Below, one piece after another: positions 23,670 to 37,200 of a DNA stretch of 64,000 nucleotides (positions are counted from its first letter, which is position 1; the number at the start of each line of letters is the position of its first letter). The stretch is taken from positions 5,208,001-5,272,000 of the forward strand of contig CM120641.1 in assembly GCA_051362555.1 (NCBI GenBank), given 5' to 3'. Under the pieces are notes generated by a model. That model was not told the DNA's origin and did not search any database. It worked only from the letters and a program-made list of their open reading frames with translations. The position numbers and the translations under genes are program-made. Source of the DNA: Lingula anatina. Lineage: Eukaryota; Animalia; Brachiopoda.

Positions 23670-26600
23670 TTATTTACTATTAATACCATCTTGAAACAAT
23701 GCAGTATAAAATTCTGGTTCTGGAAGTTTGGTGCGATACTTGTTGACTATTTCCCGAACTTTCATATGTCTTCTCACATGAGGAGGCTGATACCTGGAAA
23801 TATGAAGTGATTAATGACAGATTTCATCCAAGTGATACATACTGTAAAAAGCAAGACTGGGTGTTAACTTTTATTCTGTGACATTTTTAAATATCAGATA
23901 TACTAAGATATTTTAATATATTTTAATAATTTAATAATTTTTAAAAAATTAACCACTTAATCAAACTATATTATAATATAATAATAATATACAGTAAAAA
24001 TTGACCCACTAATGCCTTTTATACATATACACATAAAGTCTTACATGACAAAAAGAGAAACAGAAAAAATTTGATAAATGAAAATGTTTTGATATTGAAT
24101 TTGTTTTTCATACTAACATTTCACTGTCCAGTCTTTTCCTCTTTCCAATGTTGATAGCTGTCTGCCTGACCAGAGTTCCTAGTGACCGCCGACTGACCAC
24201 CATTCCATCCACCAGAGGACCAGCTCTGTGTCTAAAATAAATGACAAAGGCTTTCTAATTAGACTCCTACTGTTACAGCACTCCCTGATAAGACTCCTAC
24301 TGTTAGAGCATTCAACAGTTATTATACTTATATGAAATTCAGCGGCACATGATAATGGTGAGCTTAAGAGTCTGATGCATTGTCAATTTGCGCCATTTTT
24401 CTGCTTTTTATATGGATCCCAACTTTCATTCAACCTCACCAATTATGAATTAACATTCAATTATGTGGACAAAGTTTTTTTGCATGGGGTATGATGCAAC
24501 AAACAGGAAAAATGATCTTGCACTAAAAACCTTCCATCCTATGGGTTGACAAAATGAAAGTGAAAAGAAGTGGTTGTTTATAAAAAGAGTATCATGCTCA
24601 AAAGACAGCAAACATATCAAAAATCCAGTTATAATTACTTTAACAATCCTTTGACATGTATCCTAAAGAGGCCACTTTTGAGTGCGTGGATGAAGATGAC
24701 ATGTTGATCTTTGAGGTCACTCTGCTTGTTTGGTTGCAAGGTTTCCATTCCAGTGCTGACCATGGAACAGGCTTCAACTGAAATAGGAACCAGAACAATT
24801 ATAAGTAGCACAGGGGCAGATTTAGGCCGTCTTCTGGGTCTTCCGGAAGACGGTCAGATTTTCAAGTTTACATTGACAGCTATCTAATTTTTTCTGTCGG
24901 AAGATGGTCAAAAGTGGAGGGTGGAACAATAAAGATAATTCGGAAGCCTGTCACAAAATATCCCTGGATCCACCCCTGTAGCATACATATACTAAAGAGA
25001 AAATTATGCATTATTCACTTCTGTGTAAACTTGTAATATGACTGATATTTGTCTTACATTTTCCAGATTACCAAAACCACAACCAAACATAGTTAATCTA
25101 CATCTGCATTAAAATATAACGGGCAAAATAAATGTTGCCTAATTTCAGATGCCTGCTGCACTCTTGCTGTTGGCCTGCAGAATATAAAAATTAAATCACA
25201 GCAATACAAATATCATACAAAGACAAACCTGTTGGAAAATCTGCATGGTCTTCATATCTCTCCAGCCACACCACTAGAATTCTCACATCTGGTCCCCACA
25301 CTGTCATTCCTCCCCTCCTGTGAGCCCTGCCAAAACCTAACAAGTCCTCTGAAATTAAGGAATTCTACATATAACAACATTGCCGACAAAGTAAACTTTT
25401 CCAACAGAAATTGATAAATATGGTAATATTACACTTCAACAAAATTTTTTAAGGATTTTTTTCTTTTTGACATTTAAAATGCACATTTCATTGAAAATTA
25501 TAATTGGAAAAGCTTTAATATAGTGTAAATTTTAACGTTACACAGTTGATTATACAATTATTCTTCATAATTTTATTACTGATTTACTCCAATTTCAATC
25601 ACAACATGATCACTAGTAACACAACAAAAGTAAAAATACTGTATGCATATGTCAAGAAATAAGAGAGAGGGTGATGACAAATCCTAAGACCAGCACACGT
25701 GAAAGAAGGTTAAAATCAAGCGATTAAAAAATTCAACTAAGCCCAAATCACATGAGATTGAAATATCTAGTATAACCATGCACCTGACAAGCTTGGATAT
25801 TCGGAGGCCATACTGCTGGATTTTTGGTCCACTGTCAGTCTTGGTGCATGTCTACCCTGGGCACTGACCCCTACAACACAACATACACCTGTACACCTCT
25901 GAGATTCCTCCACACAGGAGCTACTGCAGAGCTGTGTCCACAATCTGACTGGGAAGGGTGGCCAACTCTACATGTTTATTTCTCTTCTATATGTTTCACT
26001 AAATCATGTATTTTTCATTATTTCAAGGGAAAAATCAAAGGATTTAGATGGCCACCCGACTGTTTGACTGGAAAAAACCTAACTGATGTTACCAGACTGC
26101 TAAAGATGGAAATCTAAGTCACAATGGGTATCCCTATATAATGTTTTGGTCTGTTAACATCACTTGGTCCAGTCTAAAAAAGTCACATTGTGGATGGTAC
26201 CTTCTACAAGCTGAGAGAATTGTTTCCCTTCCCAATTTAATGCTTTAATAACATATATCTAATTCTTTGCAATTTTTTCAATCCTCTGATTTAAAAACGT
26301 AAAAATAAAAAAATCATTTACTGATCTAGTGTAGGGGCTAAAATTTACCTGGGGGCACCTGAGGTTTAGAGCTCTTGCTGTGATATAAACATCATAGACA
26401 CTGTACACCGTGCACAGTAATGAAAAGCAGAAGTCCACAGAAAATCCTTATCCTTGTCACAATCAAATTACAAAGGGTGCGTTTAAGTAAGTGCAAAAGA
26501 ATGAGGCACAAAAGAGTGCAGTTTAGTAATATGTGTTAAAAGTTGACTTTCATAAGATTTGTGCTTGAAATAGGCACTGGTAAAAGATGCAAATAAGTTG

Positions 26601-28242
26601 GTTTTCTTTCAGACTATTACAGAACTTGCCATGAAGATTCAATATGTTTATATAAGACAATGTATATTGCCAACAAAAAAATCAAAGCTATAATTTAATA
26701 TCTCTGAAACTCAGGGTTCCCATGATTACAGAAAAAAAGATAAAAAAAATTTAAAGAGCAAGATGAAAATTTTAGTCAAAATGCGGAGATTGCCCTACTC
26801 ACTTAAATTTATATTTTATAAATGGTTTATTTCTATTGACTAAAACACCAAAGAAGTGAAAAGCAAAATTGACAATAAAAGTACTGAAAACTGGCTTGTA
26901 CTCACACTTGCTATTGATTAAATATATTCACCTTTTAAAAATTTAGTCAAACTTGCTCAAGCCATAATTGCAAAATGCTTATTAAATCAATTTTCCAGGT
27001 CAAGTATATTGGTCAAACTTTAAGATTATCAAGATCAATGCTTTTTTTAGTGTAAATACAAACCATAAAAAGAGAATTATTCACAATCAAATAGTTAAAA
27101 CATGCAAAAAACTTGTGGAGATTGTATTTTTTTCTTCTTTTCCAAAAGAAATTTAATCTTTATACCTCCAGCCAAAAGCACATTGTCAGCTGTAGAAGAG
27201 AATAAATCAATAAATCATTATATCAATTATTTGTAATGGTAAAAAGAATGTTAGAGTTCCAAAATAAGTTTTAAAATGAGTTTTACAATTCAACCAATAA
27301 GCAACTTCTTATTAAGTTTCAGATAGCCACATGAAAGTAAGTCATTAAATGGCAAATCTACAATCATCTATGCTAGATCAAGTCAACTGCAAAGCCAAAG
27401 AAACCAAAAAGACATCCATAAGAGCTACAGTAGTTCACCTGTTTCACAATCTGTGCTGATGCCTCTCCTTACTGATTGTGTTTGATGAGACGGCACAACA
27501 AATGCAATCTCAGCAGCAGCATCTGCCCAGTACAGCACTTTCTGGTGGCCATCATACACACTACCACCAGTGTCAGAGGCAGGGGTAAATACTTCACCAG
27601 ACAGAGTATCACTGCTGTGGTCTTGACCATTGTCCGTTATCTTCCAGCTGCTGGACACATGACCAGTCCAGCCTGTATGTTTTCTCACATTCACCGGCCA
27701 GCCCAGAGATTCCAAGAATTCTATGAAATGAGGCTGCACCAGTGAACGATAGCTCTGCAGCACAAAAAAAAAAATGCTTACAAACATATTCCTTTTTATG
27801 AAATTTTAAATATATTGCCTAAAAAGACAAATCATAGTTACAATGATTCACTGCATTAAGTTCTTTAAGTGAACACTTCAAACTGAACAACCAAGTCATT
27901 AAGTTTTCTTACTACATTAGATACAATGTCCTGCATCCGTTTCTGTCCAGCTTTGACATAGAAGAGATATGCTGTGTCCCAAGTCCGTGTGGAGATATCA
28001 TCCAGAGCCCCCAAGCTGACACTCAGCCCAGGATCACTGGAGTCCAGCATGACCAGAGGAGGAGCCAAAGTAGGGGTACCTGGTTCCTGGATATTAAGAA
28101 ATTATTCATTTCAAAATTTTGACTCAAAAGTAGGGGTACCTGGTTCCTAGATGTTAAGAAATCATTTATTTCAAATTTTCAACTCAAATCATTTATCCCC
28201 ATAGGTAACAACCAGAGACAAATGAGGCAATCTACTGGCATG

Positions 28243-28274
<32 letters not shown>

Positions 28275-31200
28275 CACTTTTGTTACACTTAGAATGCCTT
28301 CTAATTGTACTTATTTAAAACAAAGTGTTATATCTAACTTTGTTTGCTGTGTATCACCATAAAACCATCATTTAAATTTTAAATAATGTTTTTTTTTCCA
28401 TATGTAACAGTCGTTTTCAAAAAAAAAAAAAAAAAAATGATGCAGAATTCCTCAACACATTAAGAAACTTCAAAAATTTCAAAATGACACCCCTACCTTT
28501 AGAGCCTCAAGAGATAGGAAGCCATAATGAGACAAGAACATTCGAGCTGTTTGGAAATCCTGACATATGCTAGAATAAAAGGGGGGAAATGTATTAAGTA
28601 TAAACATTGATGGAAAAACTTAAAGCTTAACACATATATTTGAGTAACATTTCTTTAAAATGTATCAAAGTGAGCAACCAACTCGTTAAGAAGGGGTTTG
28701 TATTAAACATATTTCTTCAAAAAAATTATTGACATGTTTTGAAATACATTTCCCATATTCATAAGAGTACCTTGGTGGTTTACATATGGTCTCAGTATTT
28801 GGAAAAGGCTGGTTCTTCTTTTTATGTTCTGCTACAAACCCTACATTATTTTCTAGGGCCCTCTGGCTGGATATAAAATCCAGCATTTTCAGGTGGTCAG
28901 CATCATGTTTAGGGTCCTTTACAATAGACTCCATGCTGGGGATACTCTGGTCACTGGAAAATTACACTGATAATTAATCATTAATTAACATTAAAATGTG
29001 CCATGTTGATCTAGAATGTCTTTTAAAAAGTGATAATGCATCTACTGTATTTAAAATTCTTGTTGTTCAACAAATGTGTTCAAATATTAAATGAAATTTA
29101 AAATCACCCAATAAGAATATGAACAGGATTGCTGAGGTAGTAGGCATTTGATTACAGCATTTCTTTGAACTATGTGCAATTTTGATCACCAAGAAGAGGT
29201 AACAGGAGGGCCTTGAATGCCTGTCACAAGGAAAATATTCCAACAAGCTTTAACAAATTGCGATGTAAAACTGTATTGCATATCAGAAATATTTTCACAA
29301 ATATATCAGTAAAATACCAGCAACATGTGGAAAATGTAACATAAAAGTAAGGGAAAAACAACGAATCAATGTCTGTCCTGGCATTATTTTTTCATGTACA
29401 AGTATCTACTGCATAGCATAGCCATACAAAGACTACAATCTGCCACATACGTAATGTCACAGGGTGTGACCATATCAGACCAATATGGTATAGACAGTCA
29501 CACAACTGATATATCTATCCTGATTTAACCTTTAACCATTTTCATGGTCAGGCTTATCATAATTAATGGAATAGAAAAGTTGTATAGTTTTTTATATATT
29601 ACAAACGAATGAATTAATCGTAAACAGAAAGAAACATGATATCGAGTCACCCTTGTGTAATTGCTCAATATGCTTATTGACCAGCTGTCATAATGAATGA
29701 TATGTTACTTATACTTTTAATACACAGATCAGGTTTTAACTACCAAACAGTGATTCACTTCTATAAGTAACATTTCATAATCAATCAAATCTGATTAGAA
29801 CTACCATGTTTTACCAAGGCTATGGCTTATAATTACATATTAATGCAAAACTGGCTTAGCTTATCAATAATGAATATACAATTAATTATAGCTTGGCTGT
29901 GTTTATAACTCAACCCATCTGTTGACAATAACGCTGATGAAAGTCATGTCTTTTTTATTGTGTTTCAGTCAAGCAGAGCAATCCTGACTGACCCACTTAA
30001 AATACCTTAATTAATCTTCTACATAATTTCCAAGATCTTCTCAAAAACTCAATATATTCAGTTCTTTTTAATGTACTAATCTGTACAAAATGTAGAAGTA
30101 TTTCTTTTTCAGGCACTAAGATCAATTTAACTAGAACAATATAATGTTAGCATCATAACTGAAATATTTATTTCAATAACTGATAAAATTTTTATAAGAG
30201 ATTTAAAGATACCTCACAATGCAATATTATTTTGTATTATTATTATTATCAGACATGAGTCTGGATTTTCAAAAAAAAGAAAGAAAATCTGAATGTTTTC
30301 TATGGCTCCAAGACTTACTGACCAAGAGTCAGAAACACTTGAAGAAGTGAATTAAAAATTCACCATGGAATTCTGCTATTTTGCGGAAAAAGTTCATACC
30401 TGCTTATATTCAAAACGTTCTACTTCAAACAAAACTGAGCAATTCATAATTTTAATTTATATTTGACATGCAATACTTTTCAACTTAATAATACCCTATC
30501 TCATTCTATCTTTCAAAATTTGACCTTTTCACTGAAGGTTGTACATAAACCAATTAAAAAATTATACAGATTCCTATGCATTAACACAGGGGTAATTACC
30601 ACTTTGTATGTGGCTTTAATTGTTAGAAGTTGGTTGTGTTGTCCTTGCAGCTAAAAGACTCTATACATAAAAAATCAATGCAACTCTCCACCAGATGTCA
30701 GAAGTTCATATGTAACAGATTGCTCACTGTATCAAGCCACTCCTATCCATAAAGTTGTATATGCCACAGTTTGTTAGAACATAGTAGCCTGGCTACATCA
30801 ACTTTTGACTATATTAAACAGAATTTTTTTACACAGTATTTTCTAAGAGAGAAAATATCATTCTGTATAACATCATGCTGGAACTGACTATCTCATGCAG
30901 TTAATGGGAACAAAAGGTAGCAGTTTTGTTCTGTTGCTGGTGATCATAATTTGAAAATCATAGTTATTCTTAGAACACACTGCATGTGACTGTGATGCAC
31001 AATGGAGCCTGGATTCTATCCAGTTCAGGGACATGAAAATGGAAATATTGTGATAACTGCACAGAAAACAAACAAAGCATTGGATGAAGATCCCAAGTCA
31101 CTCGCTGCAAGGGCAGAAACAAAGACTGATGAAGGCGTTGTATCCTGGTTTGCTAATCCTGAAAATATAGGCTTAATTGTGGGCCTGTTAGTGGCCGCAG

Positions 31201-34200
31201 TGGTCCTGGTCATCCAAGGAGTACTGGTCTACAAATTCTATAAGAGGCGCAAACAGGACAGAATGGACCAGATGAAGCAAAGAATGACTGACCCAACATC
31301 TGACCAAGACTCTTATTTTACAAATGCAACAATATTTTCCAAGGGGAGTCAAGAAATGAGTGAAAATCTTCCCATTCAGTTTTCTTCCACTTTGCTGTTC
31401 CTTGAGAAAGCCACTCTGGGAGTGGACACTATAAAACGCCTGCAGAGCAAAGAGCCAAATGTGAATAAAATCTCTGTTATCACTATGGAGAACCCCACTT
31501 GTAACCAGGCAACCAGTACAGACCCACAGGAGGAAGAAATTGCTCTCTACCACAATGAAGTTGATGAACAGACATCCTTCTGACACTCACAAACTTGTTT
31601 AACTGAGCTTATTAATTCATAGCGATCCAAGTCAGAATTTCAACCCTTAACCTTCAAAAACTCAGATGTATTTTCTTTAAAACTTTAATGTTATCTAGTA
31701 TGAAATGGCAAGTATATATGTACCATGCAGCTTAGTTTTTTGACACAAGAAAAAAGTTCTAATAGAACTGGCAGAAAAAATTTGACAATATTGAAAAAAT
31801 TAATGCTATGTGTTAATATCCATTGTATGGAGTGTTTTTCCAAATGGTATCATAATATATTTAATAAGCAGTATACACCCACTGGTATCAAGTAATTGAA
31901 AATACACAGAGAAAAGCATGCAAACTGTCTTAGACATATACATGGGAGCAGATATACAACAGGTGTATTCATGTATCAACATTCTTTCTGGGCAATAATA
32001 TTCCACACATTAACTAACATTTTTTGAGTTCTTCAATGCGAACCTTAGAAGCTCTCTTAAAGTACATCATAAGATAGTGTTTACTAATGATTGCTAAGAT
32101 ATAGGTGATCTAAAAACAAAAATTCTGAGTGACTTACAGGATAACTGAGAATTAAAAAATTTGCATCAACTGACTGCATGAACCAGACTGATTCTAAATA
32201 ATTTTTTGCATCTGCTGCAAACTACTGGTATATCATGTTAAGCAAAACAAAACAACCATGTGATTAATATTGTGACATTTGCTTGTTACATCTTTTGTGA
32301 ACCTTTGCCACATATATGCATACAATCTGGGTTAAGGTTATCCTAGAAATGTTCAGCATATTTGTTAAAAAATTTACACTGCAACAGGTCTCCAGTCAGC
32401 TGTTATTTGTTGTTTTTTCACAAAAAATCCCTACCGGAGGAAAGGGCACACAACTGTTAAATCTATTAACACATTTAACTACAATAACAAGGAAAGCTTA
32501 GAACAAGGCATTAAATTTTGACCAAAGTCAAGACGTAATTTTGATTTTTTGATAAACATGTAAATACATTAAATTTACTTGTCTTTTTTTTTTTCTATTT
32601 TGCCTTAACACTTTGCAAACAGAATAGTTGCAATTATTATTATTATTATGTTTTTCGAATTTGTCATTAAAAATAATAATTATTTCATACTAACACTAAG
32701 CATCCAGGTATGTCATCCACACTCTCTGGGAAGTACCGAGGAGTGACAGTGGGGTGGGGACATGTCTGCTCAACAGGCTGAGGATACTTGGGGTCTGACA
32801 GTAAAGATCTGGATGTAAACTGAAAATATCCATATAGTCAATATTAATGCATGTAAAATGGAATTTCATATATATTTTATGATATTAAAGGTACACAATG
32901 AGCATTAGACTTATATAGATTTTTCTTACATAAAGGTATTGTATGTCTTTGATGCTTTATTTAACAAAATTCATCTTTCAATGCACTTATCATTTGCAAT
33001 TACACTCAAAAATAGACATAATGCATTTGTGGCTAGTGGCATTCTAAATCAAAGCATAGAACATTTAGTGTCAACTGTTTCACCATCACTGTTGCTGTAT
33101 ATTACCTTCTGAGATCGTGGTGCATGGCGCAACTGCATGGCCCACGCATGGCGACCAAATGGTCCCCTGATCAGGGCTGTCACTGTAGGCAGAGGATCTG
33201 GTGAACACAAAAACAGAATATCATCCATGATGGCATAAATCACATGCTTTTCATGATTATGAATAACGGTATGTGCACTGAATCAAATACATAACAAATA
33301 CCAGTAATCTGATAGTAAATTACAGCACAGATTCTCCAGGAACACATGAAAAAGGCTCTGATAAACACACACATACCTTGCTCATTCCCCAATGGCTGCT
33401 CTAGTAATCCAACAATGATGGAATTTTCAAGTACAAAATATTTAAAGGTTGTGGTGTCTTCTGGCAGCCCACCACCTCTGCAATACTTGAGCAAGGCATC
33501 TTCATCCAGCAGAGAACACAAGGCCTCTGGGCCACAGGGGAGAGGGTAGGCACCCTGAAGATAGATGTAGATATCTCCCAGTAGTCAACATGACACTTAA
33601 AGTCACAGTCCAATACTCCCTTGCACTCCCTTTAGTGACAGACTCTATATCCTGCATGCTCTATTAACATTTTATGAGTAAAACTATGGCAATGAAAGCC
33701 ATATTTTTGAACTGAGGAGAGGAGAGTCATGGCTGTTATTATACCTTTTTTATGAAATATTGTACTTACAAAATTCAAATAACTATAACTAAAATCAATC
33801 ATCAGATTATCGCAGAACTATGCCTATAATTTATCAGTACTAAAAAGATATTTACCACAAGTCCAATGATTGTATTAAGTACGGACTCTGCTGCTGTTTG
33901 CACCCTAGCCGAGGCAGGCATGGGGGTCTTCTCGTGTTTTAATTTTGGAGGGTCACTGGCACGGTTCTGTAAAAAATAACACAAAATAACGCAAAATTTT
34001 CTCAACACATTTAAAATTAAAAAAAGAAATGGTATTATATAAGTAAAACTAATCCCAACAGTAATTAGGCTTGTTGAAGTAAATGAATACAATTATATGC
34101 AAACATTTCCTTTTGGACCAAAAATTACACAATGTCCTTAGATAAGAAAATATATCAAATGCAATTAAGCTACATGTGGCCAAGATATTTTTCTACTTTC

Positions 34201-37200
34201 AGAAAATGACTTTTGGCAGAATATGACATCACCATTTACAATCTAGGGGAACATTTAGTATTTAAAAAAAATGAACAGTGGTATATGTTACAAATATTGG
34301 TTAGACGCTGAACTGCAAGACCAAATACATTTATCATGCAGTAATTCACAGTCAAATGATTAAAATCTTTATTTATAAATTTTAGTTGAGTTAAAAGTTA
34401 ATGAAAAAATGTCCCAATAGGCACAGTAGGTTTCTCCCAGCTCCACACTAAGCAGGTTTCACACCTGTTGACATGGGATTGTGCTAACTATCAAATAAAC
34501 ATTTTAAAAAGGTGGTTAAAAGCACTTTTTCTCACACCATGGGTGTTACATTTGTTTTTCTGATCTGCAGCTACATCTATTTTGTTTTTATCAACCTCTG
34601 AAAAACACAGTACAATGTTAAGGCTATTCATCAATTTGAAACATGCATGCAATTAAAAAAACAGTTGATGTAAAAAAAGAGAAGTATGTTCACCAAAATG
34701 CCATTTACGGCAATCCCATTTTCAGTGAAGTAAATTGAAAAAAAAACTAGAGGATCAGAGAGGCGATACCGCCTCTGGATATTGTACCACCAGCTGGAGT
34801 AAGCGCATTCGTATGGACCCCCCCCCAAAAAAAAAAAAAAAAAAAAAAAAATGGACACCACCACCAGTCTTGTACTTGAGAAGCTCTATAAAATGCAATA
34901 AACAAGAGTTCTCAAAATATGAAAAAAAAAGAAAAAAAATCGAAAAAACATAATAGTTAAAATGGTCCAATCAAGGAGATGTCCAAATTAACCTGTATTT
35001 TCCTAACACTGACCACTTTTCTAGACAATAGGCCTATTGGTTTTCCTTGAAATGCATTATCAGTAATGCATATACCGGAATGCTGACAAAAGAGAAAACC
35101 TAGGGACAACACTGGGCAGATCTCTGCTAGTTTTGAAGATATGAAGGGCAAGAAAATATATGCAGAGTTCAGTTTGAGGTAAAAAAAGTAGGTCAAAGGT
35201 CAATTTCAAGGTCACAGTATATGACTTCCTATATAAGTTCAATAGTTGCTATGGGCATTTCTTTGCCAATGTTGGAGATATGAAGGCCAGGAAACATGCA
35301 AAGTGCAGTTCATCATAAATAGTAGGTCAAAGGTCAATTTCAAGGTCACAGTAAGATTGCCAATATATGACTTCCTATTCAAGTTCAATAGTAACTTTGG
35401 ACCTATCTCTGCCAGTTTTCGAGATATAAGGGATAGAAAATTTGCAAAGTTCGGTTCATGGTGAAAAGTAGGTCAAAGGTCAATATTAAGGTCAAAATAA
35501 GAATGCCAGTATATGACTTCCTATTCAAGTTCAACAGTAACTATGGGTGTATCTCTGCCAGTTTTGGAGATATAAGGGCTGGAAAATTTGCAAAGTTCAG
35601 TTCATGGTGAAAAGTAGGTTAAAGGTCAATTAAAAGGTCACAGATTACCAGTATATAACTTCCTATTAAAGTTCAAAAGTAACTTTGGGTGTATCTCTGC
35701 CAGTTTTGGAGATATAAGGGCTAGAAAATTTGCAAAGTTCAGTTCATGGTTAAAAGTAGGTCAAAGGTCAATTTAAAGGTCACAGTTAGATTTCTTGTAT
35801 ATAACTTCCTATTTCAGTTCAATAGTAACTATGGGCGTATCTCTGCCAGTTTTGGAATATTTAACATTTTTCCCACTGAATATTGCGATGTTGTAATTTT
35901 TGATATAGCGCAATGCCTAAACCATATCGAAAACAAAAAAATGGACACCACCTACAGTATTGCATTTGACAAGTTCTACAAAATGCGATGAACAAAAGGT
36001 CTCTGGCATTTACCATTCCAGAATAAAAGCAAGTTTTCAGTTTCAGTATCTAATGGCTGCTTCTCCCGTGAAAATGCACCGATTGACCCCAAACTCCCAA
36101 AGATGAAAGGAGTCCCCAATTGTAACGCCTCACTATAACAGGAGAGCTTAGATCTGTGTAGTTTCCAAAAAATAGCACAAACAAATATTTTTTTGCAGAA
36201 AATTCCCATTTTTAGAAAATTTTGGCTTGTTTGACCTTGAAAAAAAGGTCAAAAGTCAAATCAAAGGGCATATTTGGAATCTCCACATATGACTTTCGGT
36301 CAGACTTCTATAGTAATTTTTCCCATAATTCCTTTGGTTTTGGAGATATTTAGCCTTGAAGTTTCAAAAATTTTGACAAGGGTGCGTTTCAACAAGTGCC
36401 ACGCCCAGGCCAATGCACCGACAGAGACAAAAAAAACAGGGTGTTCAAGTTGAGATTATATGTGACCTAAATCCAAGAGATGGGGACACAGGTCCTGGCG
36501 GTATAGGAGGAGAAGCGGTAACGGTGACTTGTTTCCGGCGCCCGACTGCGGAGCCGGCGGAGCCGGCGGAGCCGCAGGAGCCGGCGGAGCTGTACGAGAC
36601 GGGTCGGGACTAAAACCATGAGTACCGCCAGCGTATACGCTGGTGGTACTAATAATAATAAAATGTTATTGGCAAATGTTCTAGAAAAAAAATGAAATGT
36701 GTGCTTGTCCATAAAAAATGCAAAATCCCTGATAAAAAACATCCTTTTAAATAGATATTGACTTTATGCACACACGAAATAATTTTAAAAACTGATATAC
36801 CACTACATGACAGCCTTGTTTAAGAAGGGATAAATCTTTGGTTAGAATAAATAAACTATGCCTTCTCCACAATGCTAAACATTCTACCTAATTTTAAAAT
36901 TGTTTGCCTTGTCCTTATCATAAGATTGAGGAACTGCAAGACACTTACATGTATTTTTTTTACAAGGATTGAGATAACTTCCTAAGAAATAGACATGTCA
37001 GCAGAAAAAAAAAACAATAATAAGCAAAGCATAAACATGAGCTGAGCAATATAAGGGGTATCAATGATGAAACAAAGACATGTGCAAGATAGCTATGGGT
37101 CACTATCATCAAATTGCTCATACTGAAAAAACTATAAACTCTCACAGAACTGCTTATGCTACAAAAGCAATATGTCTACTTGATAAAGCTCAAATGAAAT

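Noticed and set aside
24261-24310. 30-bp-period tandem duplication (agactcctactgtta) upstream of a RALGAPB acceptor
   Set aside because: Small intronic slippage duplication that does not include the splice site.
25058-25174. Candidate RALGAPB exon with good acceptor and donor
   Set aside because: Stops in all three frames. The conserved VVWLE motif is supplied by exon 25229-25348.
26349-26400. Extra RALGAPB exon ending at a good donor (CAG|gtaaat)
   Set aside because: The available acceptors give 29 or 52 nt, which are not frame-compatible with the phase-1 neighbours.
31188-31586. 132-aa minus-strand ORF
   Set aside because: Antisense shadow of the 31002-31583 ORF. RALGAPB exons 32695 and 28953 join in frame without it.
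35110-35860. Regularly spaced repeats as a CRISPR-like array
   Set aside because: Whole units are homologous with no unique spacers, the context is a eukaryotic intron, and there are no cas genes.
36413-36613. Near-identical ORFs here and at 59569-59772 ([19 protein letters not shown]...)
   Set aside because: Both lie in the conserved end of the non-autonomous element. They are short and have no transposase or Rep/helicase motifs.
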